From: a virus
Lineage: Duplodnaviria; Caudoviricetes
Strand: one strand, 5' to 3'
Length of the DNA stretch: 59,887 nt
Virus record (IMG/VR): IMGVR_UViG_3300018017_000005
Span: 1-59,887 of that record
Shown here: positions 37,061 through 46,331 of the stretch, piece after piece
Layout of the letters: the number at the start of each line of letters is the position of its first letter
Position numbering within the stretch: the stretch's first letter is position 1
Program-made: the position numbers and the translations under genes
Notes under the pieces: model-generated
Database searches by the model: none
The model's input: the letters and a program-made list of their open reading frames with translations, nothing else
Told to the model about the DNA's origin: nothing

Positions 37061-37862
37061 CGTAAACCAGCGGAAGCTGAGCATGCATCTGCTTCCTGCT
37101 CTCCTCTAGGATGTTATGGGCTTCCAGCATACGCTGAAGTTGAACATTTTCTGGTGTAAGCCCTTCAGGCGCTTTATTCGCCTTTCGCACTTCCTCCCAT
37201 TTAGCCTTTATCCCTGCAGTGTCTATATCGTACCTAGAAGCATCAACGTGTACGATATCCGTCATAGGCTCGGTGGGGCAAACAATTCCATCGTGCAGAT
37301 AAACAACTTCAAGGAACGTCCTAACCTCAAGGCCGTACTGGATATCCGAACGAATCTTTGCCGCGATATCTACAGCGATCATAGCTTGAGGCACAGTCGG
37401 CGCGGTAAGTACCCTAAATTCAGCATGTACACCGGAAAGCGCCATTGAACAAGGAACAAAGACCAGCCAGCTACTCCAGAAGGTGTCTACCAAGTGCAGG
37501 GTCTTTACGGCTTGAATTTTATCGATGGTTAGCTGGCTTAGGTCGTCGATACGGAAATCATGAGCTATCTTCATCTCGAGCACACTAGGCTCCCAGCCCA
37601 TCCAATCAACACCGTACTTGTGTAGCAGCGCCACATCCAGCACGAACGGATGCGCATCCGGCATCAAGAACAAATTGTCCGATACAACCTTTGCAACTAC
37701 AGTAGTCGTTTTAGCGCTTGGTGCAGGCTCAAGAATCTCTGCGACAACAGTTGCGCTGTCCTCAGGATCTTCGTGCGCAATTTGAAAAGGAGTCTTGTTC
37801 AGCTCCTCGCTCGTACCTCGCGCCGCTTGGCGCTTGGCTTGTTGAATGATGTCGGTCAGCAT
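37053..37862 (-). CDS. Hypothetical protein (269 aa)
   Basis: Long ORF in the morphogenesis operon. Confidence 0.75.
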   Translation of the reverse strand: MLTDIIQQAKRQAARGTSEELNKTPFQIAHEDPEDSATVVAEILEPAPSAKTTTVVAKVVSDNLFLMPDAHPFVLDVALLHKYGVDWMGWEPSVLEMKIAHDFRIDDLSQLTIDKIQAVKTLHLVDTFWSSWLVFVPCSMALSGVHAEFRVLTAPTVPQAMIAVDIAAKIRSDIQYGLEVRTFLEVVYLHDGIVCPTEPMTDIVHVDASRYDIDTAGIKAKWEEVRKANKAPEGLTPENVQLQRMLEAHNILEESRKQMHAQLPLVYDD

Positions 37863-37876
37863 AGCGCGACCTTAGC

Positions 37877-39427
37877 TTACGACATTCGTGTTTCGGTCGC
37901 ATCATTTGCGATGCGCATAAAGACCAACTTCTGGTCGAGCGGGAGCGATTCGAATATAGCCACTGGGTCTTTTTGGAACTCCGTGACTAGCTCTTCGCTA
38001 AAGCGCTTACGCAAGATCTGAGGCTTGGCAGCCGCAATGGCTTTTAGATCCGACACGCGCATATACTCATTGCCAACGACTAGGGTATCTCGAATATCGT
38101 CGTGCTCAGCAACCTTATCGAACGTGGAGAGGTAAGGATCAATAACATCTTGGTCCCAATACTCATCCAACCCAGCCAGCTTATCGATTTCGGTAAGCGT
38201 GCTCGCATAGACTTCTGGTCCTAAAAGACCGCGATTGCTGAAAAGGTCTGTGTAGAGCCTCATAGTATGCGCTGCGCTATGCTCGCTAGCGGTCTTCTCA
38301 TGCAAATTGAACCCCTGCGTATGCGGAGCTAAGAGCTGAAGACGCTGCTCAATGCAAACTTGCAAGTGCTCAGGTGCTGCGTAGTTTGTTTGACCATATT
38401 GCTGCGCTAGCTTGCTCACGCCGATATCCATGGGCGTTGCACGCCGTAGAAGGTTTACGGCAAAGGCGTGCCTATCTTCGGGAGGCAGCATCTTGTGATA
38501 ATTGTCAAAGTACGCGCTAGCAGCTTTGACTTGCCCGTAGCTGTCCAATGGGTACCTACGTGCATAAGGCAGCGCGTAATGCTGCGCGTGCTTCTCTTCG
38601 ATAAGCTGAGAGGGCTCTTTGTCAGTTACGTCGACGTGTGGATGCAAAACCGTTGTGACCTGTGGCTCTGCCTTTTCGTTTTTCTCTTTGACACCAAAAG
38701 CTTGCTCCAGAATCGTATCCGCATCACCTTTGTTTGCTTTGTCAGTATCGACAAGATGCGCGATTTCACCCTCTGCCGTTTTAGCGTAGGACAGCGGCGT
38801 CTTCTTAGTACGAACCAAAGTCTCCTTAGAGCCCTGAGTAGGCATATCCATAGTGCCCACTACATCCGCAGTCTTAGGTACATTAGGAACATGCTCTGGG
38901 CCAGAGAATGCGTTCAAATACTTATTAAGTGCGGAGCGCTCTTCGTCGTCTGCTGGCTCTAGCGCAGCGGTTTTCTGGATATCCCAATGCTGCCCGTCGC
39001 TTCCGTAAATGCCGCCTTCTTGATCTTTCCAAACACGTTGGCGTCCGATAGTTACTAGCGCACCCGTACTGAGCTTCTTCAGCTCTTCTGGTGGCTCTAT
39101 GTCGTACCAACCGCATGCCGTAACCAGATTCTGCGCAGCGACCTTGATTGCCTCAACGGGAAGCTTGTCGAAATTGGACAAAAAGTAGCCGATGTGCAGC
39201 GTAGTATTCCCCGCGTCTACACAGGCGTATTTACGCAGTGTAGTATCTCCTTGCCGCAGTATAAGAGCGAATACGTCATCGGGCAGCGCGTCGAGGTCTT
39301 CCTGAGTCACAGGCTCTGCAGTCTTGATGAAATCAGGGATATCTTCGTATTTTGGATACAGGCTATTGAGGATCTGACCTTCTGAGTCGTCATAAACGTC
39401 AAGAACCAAACCACTGATTTTTTGCAT
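37877..39427 (-). CDS. Head-associated protein with two DUF6582-like modules (516 aa)
   Basis: Start trimmed to MQKISG (ATG 39427). Modules LPDDVFAL..RKYACVD and HYALP..RRYPLDSYGQVKAASAYF; about 10 K-x-A motifs. Confidence 0.75.
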   Translation of the reverse strand: MQKISGLVLDVYDDSEGQILNSLYPKYEDIPDFIKTAEPVTQEDLDALPDDVFALILRQGDTTLRKYACVDAGNTTLHIGYFLSNFDKLPVEAIKVAAQNLVTACGWYDIEPPEELKKLSTGALVTIGRQRVWKDQEGGIYGSDGQHWDIQKTAALEPADDEERSALNKYLNAFSGPEHVPNVPKTADVVGTMDMPTQGSKETLVRTKKTPLSYAKTAEGEIAHLVDTDKANKGDADTILEQAFGVKEKNEKAEPQVTTVLHPHVDVTDKEPSQLIEEKHAQHYALPYARRYPLDSYGQVKAASAYFDNYHKMLPPEDRHAFAVNLLRRATPMDIGVSKLAQQYGQTNYAAPEHLQVCIEQRLQLLAPHTQGFNLHEKTASEHSAAHTMRLYTDLFSNRGLLGPEVYASTLTEIDKLAGLDEYWDQDVIDPYLSTFDKVAEHDDIRDTLVVGNEYMRVSDLKAIAAAKPQILRKRFSEELVTEFQKDPVAIFESLPLDQKLVFMRIANDATETRMS

Positions 39428-39456
39428 AGCGCTACCCGAAATACTAGTTGATTCTC

Positions 39457-39477
39457 CAGGCATAAGAGAATTGGAGG
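39457..39477 (+). promoter_or_regulatory. Putative phage promoter motif copy 3 (CAGGCATAAGAGAATTGGAGG)
   Basis: At the divergent junction that opens the replication cluster. Confidence 0.6.
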
Positions 39478-39505
39478 CAAGCCCGACTAGCCCCCAAGGA
39501 GAAAC

Positions 39506-40282
39506 ATGGAATATGGGCTTTGTCCAAACTGTAACAATGACACAGTTCGGATTGTCGAAAAGAACGACGGATCCGAGGGTAGCCAGTGCTATCAATGTAC
39601 CTGGACGGGTCCTATGTGCTTTGGACGCAAGCACAGCACCGAAGACCCAAAGTGCGCAGGAGGGAACGATCCAGCGTATTGGTCTGGCTCCTCCCACACG
39701 CGAGGACGCTGTTCTTTTTATTCGCGTTGTCAGGAGGCAACCAGAACTATGCTGCCGAGACAGACCTTTGAAATGACCAGCTTACCCACACCGGGCATGC
39801 AATTTACACAGATCCCCGTAACGAACCAGAATGCACCGGCACCAAACTGGGCGCCATTCAACCCGCAGGTACAGCAGGTGCAACAGCCAACACAACAGTT
39901 CATGCCAATAAACCAGTTGGCGTATCGGCCAATGCAACAACAAATGCCGATGCAGGCACAAGTGCAACCACAAGCTCAAATGCAACCTATGCGGGTAGGC
40001 ATGCCACAGCAATATCCGGTATATGGTGGATACGTCGCTGGACAGCAGCAAGGAGCGCCCACCTATTATGTGCCCCCAGAAAACGCATGTATGCCGATGG
40101 CTGTACCACAAAATCACATAATGCCAGGGATGGAAACAGGGTCTTTTTTAGCAAATCCAGAGCCGTATAAACCTGGAGATCCTATTCTACCCATGGCACT
40201 AAAAGCGCTAATGCGATCAATAGGCAAAGCGATCGGTTATACCATTCTAAACATATCCGATTACTTCCCGTGGGGCAGCTAA
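39506..40282 (+). CDS. Cys-rich N-terminal domain plus Q/P/M-rich low-complexity protein (258 aa)
   Basis: SD AAGGAG; CPNC, CYQC and C..C..C motifs, then a QVQQVQQP/PMQQQMPMQ tract. Confidence 0.75.
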   Translation: MEYGLCPNCNNDTVRIVEKNDGSEGSQCYQCTWTGPMCFGRKHSTEDPKCAGGNDPAYWSGSSHTRGRCSFYSRCQEATRTMLPRQTFEMTSLPTPGMQFTQIPVTNQNAPAPNWAPFNPQVQQVQQPTQQFMPINQLAYRPMQQQMPMQAQVQPQAQMQPMRVGMPQQYPVYGGYVAGQQQGAPTYYVPPENACMPMAVPQNHIMPGMETGSFLANPEPYKPGDPILPMALKALMRSIGKAIGYTILNISDYFPWGS

Positions 40283-40291
40283 ACAAGAGGG

Positions 40292-40309
40292 CCCGGGCGA
40301 AAGCCCGGG
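40292..40309 (+). other. Stable GNRA-loop hairpin (CCCGGGC-GAAA-GCCCGGG) without a U-tract
   Basis: Perfect 7-bp GC stem between two genes; may be an mRNA stabiliser or processing site. Confidence 0.6.
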
Positions 40310-40318
40310 TAACCATTT

Positions 40319-40672
40319 ATGGATGCTTCAAAACTTAAGAAGGGCGATACCGTCATATACATTCCGGCGAATAGCAACAGTAAGCAAGAATGTGTAGTAG
40401 AAAAAGTAGGTTCTAAATACGTCTACGCGCATTTCAAAAAATTTTATGCAGAAGACGGCGTTGAGGTAACACGATATGCACCCGCCCAAATACTTACGCT
40501 AGAAGAAGACACCAGAAGAGTACGCGTGCGCATAGCCGCTTATGACATTGCCGAGCTAGGTGTAATCGTCAACGACAAGTTGCTATATGACCATAGTGAA
40601 AAGGCACAGAACAAAATACTAGCTATCCGAGCTGCGCTAGATCCTCTTATCCAAGCTAATAAAGCAAAATGA
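40319..40672 (+). CDS. Hypothetical protein (117 aa, SH3-like beta-barrel N-terminus)
   Basis: LKKGDTVIY...VEKVGSKYVY pattern. Confidence 0.65.
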   Translation: MDASKLKKGDTVIYIPANSNSKQECVVEKVGSKYVYAHFKKFYAEDGVEVTRYAPAQILTLEEDTRRVRVRIAAYDIAELGVIVNDKLLYDHSEKAQNKILAIRAALDPLIQANKAK

Positions 40673-42453
40673 AGGTCGTCCGACGAGATCCAGGATACGC
40701 CTATTTAGACCGATTCCTCTGGATGCCAAAACGCTTCATTGACGTAGCATCCATAAAGAGCGCTCTTACCTATGAAATCCGCAGTAGCTACGGAAATGAA
40801 GGGTATGGACGCTTACTTTACCTGTGGAAAGAATCAGCGCACCACTTACTGCTGCCAAGAGCGTTCTGGGATCCCGTTAGGATACCTTGCCCGGTAATCG
40901 ACTGTCGTCCATGTAGCTACCCGCGTATTATTTTCGTGAGCCGCATCAAGCTCGATCACAAGCTTGCAGACGTCAACGGAAAGCGCGTGCTTGTACCTAC
41001 AGGCAACGATATTCAAACCAAAAGTGTCAAGGCACTAGAGGATACTCAGGGAGGGATTTTACAGCTTTCTTGTGGTAGAGGAAAATCAATAGTGGCGCTA
41101 GAACTTATCGCCAGAAAACAGGTACCGGCCATTGTGCTCCTCGACAATACGCAATTGCTCTACCAGTGGAAACGAGAAGTTGAAGCCTGCTTAGATGTAC
41201 CAGGTGGCATCGGAATCTATGGGGATGGACAAAAAGACTGGAAGAAGGGTCTTGTCTTAGCGACTTACCATTCAATTGCCAATTGGTCTGAAACAATACC
41301 TGAAGAAGCGCGTCGCTGGTTTGGTGTAATGATCGCAGATGAAGCACATCACATAAATGCCCCAGTCTTTTCACGCGCAGCCGATATGTTCTATGGAATG
41401 CGCGTTGGGCTTACGGCCACGCCAAAGCGTTCAGACGGTATGGATGTGCTGGCTGATGGGCACATTGGGCCTGTTGTCTACAAAAACCTGTCGCCCATGC
41501 TTATCCCAAGATTTAGCTTCTTGTGGAGCGGGTTGTCTCTGGATTTACGCGATCCGTTTGTAGCACCCAAAGTGCTAGACATTAACGGCGAAGTACATCT
41601 ATCTAAGCTAAACGGGTTCTTTGGACAGTGGCCAGCACGAATCAACATAATTCTTCAGCTTATTCAAATGGCACGGGCGCAAAATCGTGTAGTTCTAATC
41701 TTAAGTAACAGCGTCGACGAAGTGGCTAACCTCATGAACCTATGGGAAAGACCAGGGCATCCCCTCTACACAGATATTCCCATACCGACACCAGCTGACG
41801 TAGGTGAGCAATTAACCCCTATTGTGCTACCAGACAAAGACTACGCAAAAGTATGTAAACGGATAGATCACATTACTGACCGTTTACAGGACCCGCGTTG
41901 GGTAACCAAAGTGGGCACTGGCGAAGTAGCAAAAATACAGGCGGAGCTTACATTGCTGCAACAAGCTATAAAGCAGCACAAAATTGGTGCCAAAATAAAC
42001 AACGAGCTGGCCCGTAGACAAAAAGCTTACATACAACAGCTTGTCGCCGACTCAAAAACAGCTGGGCTGCTTACCTTTGATGTGGATACAAAGGTAAGGC
42101 AACGATTCGTTGCAACGCGTGACCTTATCTTTGCTATTACCAAATACGGAAAAGAGGGGTATGACTGTCTTCGGCTAGATACAGTCATCTTGTCCTCCCT
42201 ATTTTCTGACCGAAATGGCTTGCAGCAACTAATAGGACGTCCTACACGCCCATTACCGGGTAAAAAGACACCGGCTTTCGTAGCCATTGTAGACGACATA
42301 GGGCCTTGCATAGGCATGGCCAAAAAGCTCATGAATCATTTACGGTCCTGGCCTATCGAGGAGGGCGGACCGCATGAACCTATCCTCTTAGGATTCCCCC
42401 CATCATGGAGATCGAGAAGAACGGACACAGTAGCGACCATCTTTGGGCCGTAG
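40669..42453 (+). CDS. SF2 DEAH helicase (UvsW/ResIII-like)
   Basis: SCGRGKS, IADEAHH, GLTATPKR, KEGYD and QLIGRPTR motifs. Confidence 0.88.
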   Translation: MKVVRRDPGYAYLDRFLWMPKRFIDVASIKSALTYEIRSSYGNEGYGRLLYLWKESAHHLLLPRAFWDPVRIPCPVIDCRPCSYPRIIFVSRIKLDHKLADVNGKRVLVPTGNDIQTKSVKALEDTQGGILQLSCGRGKSIVALELIARKQVPAIVLLDNTQLLYQWKREVEACLDVPGGIGIYGDGQKDWKKGLVLATYHSIANWSETIPEEARRWFGVMIADEAHHINAPVFSRAADMFYGMRVGLTATPKRSDGMDVLADGHIGPVVYKNLSPMLIPRFSFLWSGLSLDLRDPFVAPKVLDINGEVHLSKLNGFFGQWPARINIILQLIQMARAQNRVVLILSNSVDEVANLMNLWERPGHPLYTDIPIPTPADVGEQLTPIVLPDKDYAKVCKRIDHITDRLQDPRWVTKVGTGEVAKIQAELTLLQQAIKQHKIGAKINNELARRQKAYIQQLVADSKTAGLLTFDVDTKVRQRFVATRDLIFAITKYGKEGYDCLRLDTVILSSLFSDRNGLQQLIGRPTRPLPGKKTPAFVAIVDDIGPCIGMAKKLMNHLRSWPIEEGGPHEPILLGFPPSWRSRRTDTVATIFGP

Positions 42454-42827
42454 TGGATTCTGGTACTCGTCGGCTGGTAGGAAAACTGGCGGATCTAGCC
42501 TTTAACGCTGACAGCTCACGGCTGTCAGAGGCCATCACCGTGCACGAAGCGCTCACCCTGCACTGCCAGTCTATTAAGGTGATGACACCTCAAGGCCCTG
42601 GGTATCTCTACGAGCCCAATATGACGGCCGTTGATGGCGCGGACGATGCCGTAGACATTACGGTACGTCCTTCCAGCATCCGGCGCTTTAGTGAGATGGA
42701 CGACAACGAGCGGAACGCCTACAAGGCCATGCGCGAAAACGTGCTGGAAAACCTGCAGCGCAATCGTCTTGCAAGGTTGGGCATCACTCAGGCATCACAG
42801 GTTCCGAAAGGAGGCTTACTGGTTTGA
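42405..42827 (+). CDS. Hypothetical protein (140 aa)
   Basis: In the operon, with a 4-nt overlap with the next gene. Confidence 0.6.
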   Translation: MEIEKNGHSSDHLWAVVDSGTRRLVGKLADLAFNADSSRLSEAITVHEALTLHCQSIKVMTPQGPGYLYEPNMTAVDGADDAVDITVRPSSIRRFSEMDDNERNAYKAMRENVLENLQRNRLARLGITQASQVPKGGLLV

Positions 42828-43696
42828 TTCCTGATGCACGAAAAAGCCTGCCGGTCCTACGCCAAGAGTGGGAGAATTGCACATGCTGCAACCTTGGTGA
42901 GATACGGAAGCAAACTGGGGGTGCCTTCGTTTTCGGAGAAGGCACCCCCGGTACCATCATGTTCATCGGTGAGGGTCCCGGCGTCGATGAGAATGAGCAA
43001 GGCCGCCCTTTTATCGGTAAGAGCGGCCGTTTTCTACGCGACATCCTCGCTAAAATAGGCATCGAGCACTTCTACATTACGAACACCGTTTGCTGTCGCT
43101 CATTCGTTTTTGAGTACGACACAGAGGGGCAGCAAAAGTTTGTCACACGCCATGGGGTGTCTGTACCCGTAGAAAAGGATGAAGCACCAGGCGCGGCACA
43201 GCGCCAAGCATGCCTATCGCGGCTTCAGCAAGAAATATATATTGTCGACCCAATTCTCATTGTGACCCTAGGGGGCACCGCAGCAGAGACACTCCTAGAA
43301 CGAAAGGTTGTCGTCACACAAGAATCTGGGGATCTAAAAGCGGATACAGCCACCACGCTCGGCACAGTCTTACGCCTACCTGGTGCTGGGCACGAAGCAG
43401 TGCTTACGCCAAAAGGCGCATGGAGGCATAAGGTGCGGGGCAACTACGTTATGCCAACACGGCAAAGCACCGTAGTTTACCCCGTGATTCCATTGCTTCA
43501 CCCAGCCTATGTTATGCGCTGCTTATCCGATCGCAGCATCGGTAGCCCAAGAGACATGTTCGCCAACGGCCTAAAGCGAGTGCTGCGTTACTACAACGAG
43601 TACATGAAAATTGCATTCGGCGAAAGTCACAGTAGTGATACTGCTACCACCGACTCTATGGATCTTTACGTGAACGAGGCTGAGTATGATCTATAA
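42824..43696 (+). CDS. Uracil-DNA glycosylase, family 4 (4Fe-4S)
   Basis: CxxCxL, GEGPG..E...GRPFIGKSG, YITNTVCCR, IVTLG..A and HPAY motifs. Confidence 0.9.
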   Translation: MIPDARKSLPVLRQEWENCTCCNLGEIRKQTGGAFVFGEGTPGTIMFIGEGPGVDENEQGRPFIGKSGRFLRDILAKIGIEHFYITNTVCCRSFVFEYDTEGQQKFVTRHGVSVPVEKDEAPGAAQRQACLSRLQQEIYIVDPILIVTLGGTAAETLLERKVVVTQESGDLKADTATTLGTVLRLPGAGHEAVLTPKGAWRHKVRGNYVMPTRQSTVVYPVIPLLHPAYVMRCLSDRSIGSPRDMFANGLKRVLRYYNEYMKIAFGESHSSDTATTDSMDLYVNEAEYDL

Positions 43697-44114
43697 CCAA
43701 GTTCCTGTTGTCAACATTCCAGAAGTAATGGCGTTCGAGCAAGCCAAAGAAGATTTAGCCAGATACAAGCAATGCTACGCTCAGATTGTTCAAGGACTAG
43801 AGGCATGTATCGAACGGTACAACAGCACGCTCGAAGCCGCAGACAAAGCCGTGCGCAGTCTGAAGGCATCCAGCGGCGACTTCGAGTACTATCAAAAAGC
43901 CACCAAGATTGACGCCAAGTCGCTGCATGACGCTGTAGGTCGCGAAACCTTCCTTACAATCGGCGGTACACTAAAAACAGAAACGGTGTACAAAGTTGAC
44001 CCAAATCGACTTCAGCTTGCCGTAGCACAACAAAAAGTAAGTGCTGAGCTTGTATCTGAGGTAACTAAGGAAGAAGCTCGCTACCACACCCCTAAACCTG
44101 CGGTGCTGCCGTGA
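43686..44114 (+). CDS. Hypothetical protein (142 aa)
   Basis: Coupled ORF with an N-terminal coiled coil. Confidence 0.7.
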   Translation: MIYNQVPVVNIPEVMAFEQAKEDLARYKQCYAQIVQGLEACIERYNSTLEAADKAVRSLKASSGDFEYYQKATKIDAKSLHDAVGRETFLTIGGTLKTETVYKVDPNRLQLAVAQQKVSAELVSEVTKEEARYHTPKPAVLP

Positions 44115-44443
44115 CACAACCGGCTCCTGTATGGCAGGCGCTATTCGAACGCTATGGCGTGGCTCCCACTGCTTGTTCTGGCGTGCTGGGAGACCCTTTT
44201 ACGTTTATGGCTGAGGCCGCTCGTCAATCTGCGCAGGCTGAGGATAGACCCCCGTGCACAGTCTCTGTACTGCTATCAACGGCGTCGGATGACTATAGCA
44301 AGCGCCGATGTACCGTTACCATAACGTGTCCGTGCCCTCCCATGGAGAAGGCAATAGAGTTTGCTACGGAGGCCTCCTATATTACCTGCAAAAATCTGCT
44401 GAATAGGGCGGCGGCCGACTTTGGCCTACCCATGCTAGGGTAG
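44111..44443 (+). CDS. Hypothetical protein (110 aa)
   Basis: GTGA-coupled ORF. Confidence 0.6.
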   Translation: MTQPAPVWQALFERYGVAPTACSGVLGDPFTFMAEAARQSAQAEDRPPCTVSVLLSTASDDYSKRRCTVTITCPCPPMEKAIEFATEASYITCKNLLNRAAADFGLPMLG

Positions 44444-44446
44444 CGC

Positions 44447-44776
44447 ATGCCCGTCGATGGCACTAGCCGACTTACGCGCGTGCAGCTCGCAAAAGTCTCT
44501 GTTGACTTTACAAAAAGCCCGGTGGAGATTCAGACCACAGTTGCGCTAAGAGACCCAACAGGAGCCACTGCCACTACAGCACTTTTTTACTGTAATGGCA
44601 GCGTGTGGAGCAAAGATACACGCGAGGCCATGCTGCACTTTGTGGCCTGCTTAGAGCAGGACGTAGCCTCCGTAGTGCTATCTGATGGCGATCTCGTCGG
44701 AGGCAGCACATTCGGTAAGAAGCAGGCAATGGGTCTCGGCGAGCACCTTGCAGGCGAGGATGTCCCCGACCTGTAG
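44447..44776 (+). CDS. Hypothetical protein (109 aa)
   Basis: In the operon; acidic C-terminus. Confidence 0.6.
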   Translation: MPVDGTSRLTRVQLAKVSVDFTKSPVEIQTTVALRDPTGATATTALFYCNGSVWSKDTREAMLHFVACLEQDVASVVLSDGDLVGGSTFGKKQAMGLGEHLAGEDVPDL

Positions 44777-44825
44777 TAGCTCGCGCGCAAAGTAATACAA
44801 CACCTAGTACTGCTAAATTACCCTA

Positions 44826-46331
44826 TTGCACAGCAAAAACGGGGAGCTTACGGTACTCGTCCCTGTCAGTGCGGACACGGGAGAATGGAGAGGTGCAACC
44901 ATTTATTCGTTTCAGGCACAACTCTTGTCGCGCATTATTAAAGCAGGGGAGCTGAATAAAGTTGTACAGTGGGGAATAACACGCGACGACTTCACGATGG
45001 CGGAGACCCAAGGGTTCTTCGACCAGATGATCGCCTACCACAGTGCCGCGGAAACAGCGGGTAGCATTTACGGTGTAAATTCACAGCTCTACCGCTTCCC
45101 TGGATTTGCTTTTTGTGACGACGACTCCATGAGCACAGAAGCCATATGTGTCGAAGTCCGAAAAGAGAAGATAAAAGTACGAACGCGCCAGCTTTTACAG
45201 GATGCCACAGACCTGATTAGCGTAGACCCCCAAGGCGCAGTTACCCTATTACGCGAAAAAAGCGCTGCGTTACAGAACGACTGCACACCTAAAAATCTAG
45301 ATGTGCATATCGCCGATAGTATGGAGCGTGTATGGTCAAATTACTGCGCTGGAGTAGAGGGGAAACGCGTATCTGTATTTAATTGGCCATGGCAACCTTT
45401 GCAGGAGGCAACCCTAGGGGTACGAGAAGCGGATTACATCATCTTCTACGCACGCCCTAAGTGCTTCAAGTCTTGGATGCTCTGTTACCTCGTGGCCTAC
45501 GCGATTTGCGTGAATAGGGATTTTCGTGTCCTTATCTACTCTCGTGAAATGCCGGCCGACGAAGTATTTGAGCGCATAGGCTGCGCCTTAGCCGCTGTAG
45601 ACTATGAACATTTTACGCGGGGGCAGCTAGCACCCAACGAAAAGTTCAGTCTCCAATACAGCCTAAATGAGCTGAGGACACTGCGAGAGCAGATGACCGT
45701 GGTCTGTCTTGACGCGCAAAACGTTAAAACGGGACAGGACACGGTGTCTTGGCTGGAGTCAAAGATCGACAGATATCAGCCTCAAGCCGTGTTCGTAGAC
45801 GGCTTGTATTTAATGAGTGACCAGCAGGGCTCAAAGAGAAACCATGAGCGCGTATCCAACGTAAGCCGTTCTATACGCCAGCTTGTGCTGCATAAGCACA
45901 TTCCCGTCATTGCCACTGTCCAAGCAAATAGAGACGCCGCTAAGAATGAAGATGCGAATTTAGAAGAAGTCGCTTTCTCCGATTCTCTGGGGCAAGATGC
46001 CACAATGTTGATACGCATTGTTAATGAATGGAAACGAAGCGACAACAGCCTTGCTCTTGTAATGGGAGGTGCCAGCAGACGCTTTCGCTTAGACGGTTTT
46101 CGTATCTATGGAATACCTGCGCACAATTTCCGATACCTTGGGGAGCTGAGCGCTAGAGAAGCACAAGCTCTTGTTCGCGCGGACATCGCTGGCGGTAAAG
46201 CCAAAGCTCCTAAACCATTAACTACAAGCAACGGCGCCAGCAAAGCGGAGGACAAAAAGAGAGAAGAAACCATGCTCGCACAAGGAGCAGCCGATATTGC
46301 CGGAATGGTTACAAGCGATGCTCGACATTAG
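44826..46331 (+). CDS. dnaB: DnaB-like replicative helicase
   Basis: Variant Walker A ARPKCFKS, YSREM, VFVDGLYLM, QANR and FSDSLGQDAT; followed by primase. Start position uncertain. Confidence 0.85.
   Translation: MHSKNGELTVLVPVSADTGEWRGATIYSFQAQLLSRIIKAGELNKVVQWGITRDDFTMAETQGFFDQMIAYHSAAETAGSIYGVNSQLYRFPGFAFCDDDSMSTEAICVEVRKEKIKVRTRQLLQDATDLISVDPQGAVTLLREKSAALQNDCTPKNLDVHIADSMERVWSNYCAGVEGKRVSVFNWPWQPLQEATLGVREADYIIFYARPKCFKSWMLCYLVAYAICVNRDFRVLIYSREMPADEVFERIGCALAAVDYEHFTRGQLAPNEKFSLQYSLNELRTLREQMTVVCLDAQNVKTGQDTVSWLESKIDRYQPQAVFVDGLYLMSDQQGSKRNHERVSNVSRSIRQLVLHKHIPVIATVQANRDAAKNEDANLEEVAFSDSLGQDATMLIRIVNEWKRSDNSLALVMGGASRRFRLDGFRIYGIPAHNFRYLGELSAREAQALVRADIAGGKAKAPKPLTTSNGASKAEDKKREETMLAQGAADIAGMVTSDARH

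Noticed and set aside
39428-39697. N-terminal 90-aa extension of the 606-aa ORF, and similar extensions at 9381-9452 and 58764-59090
   Set aside because: They overlap better-supported genes or the promoter motif; downstream ATGs give cleaner gene packing.
42824-43696. Uracil-substituted genome as in PBS1/AR9-type RNAP phages
   Set aside because: The phage encodes an apparently intact family-4 UDG, which argues against uracil-containing DNA.
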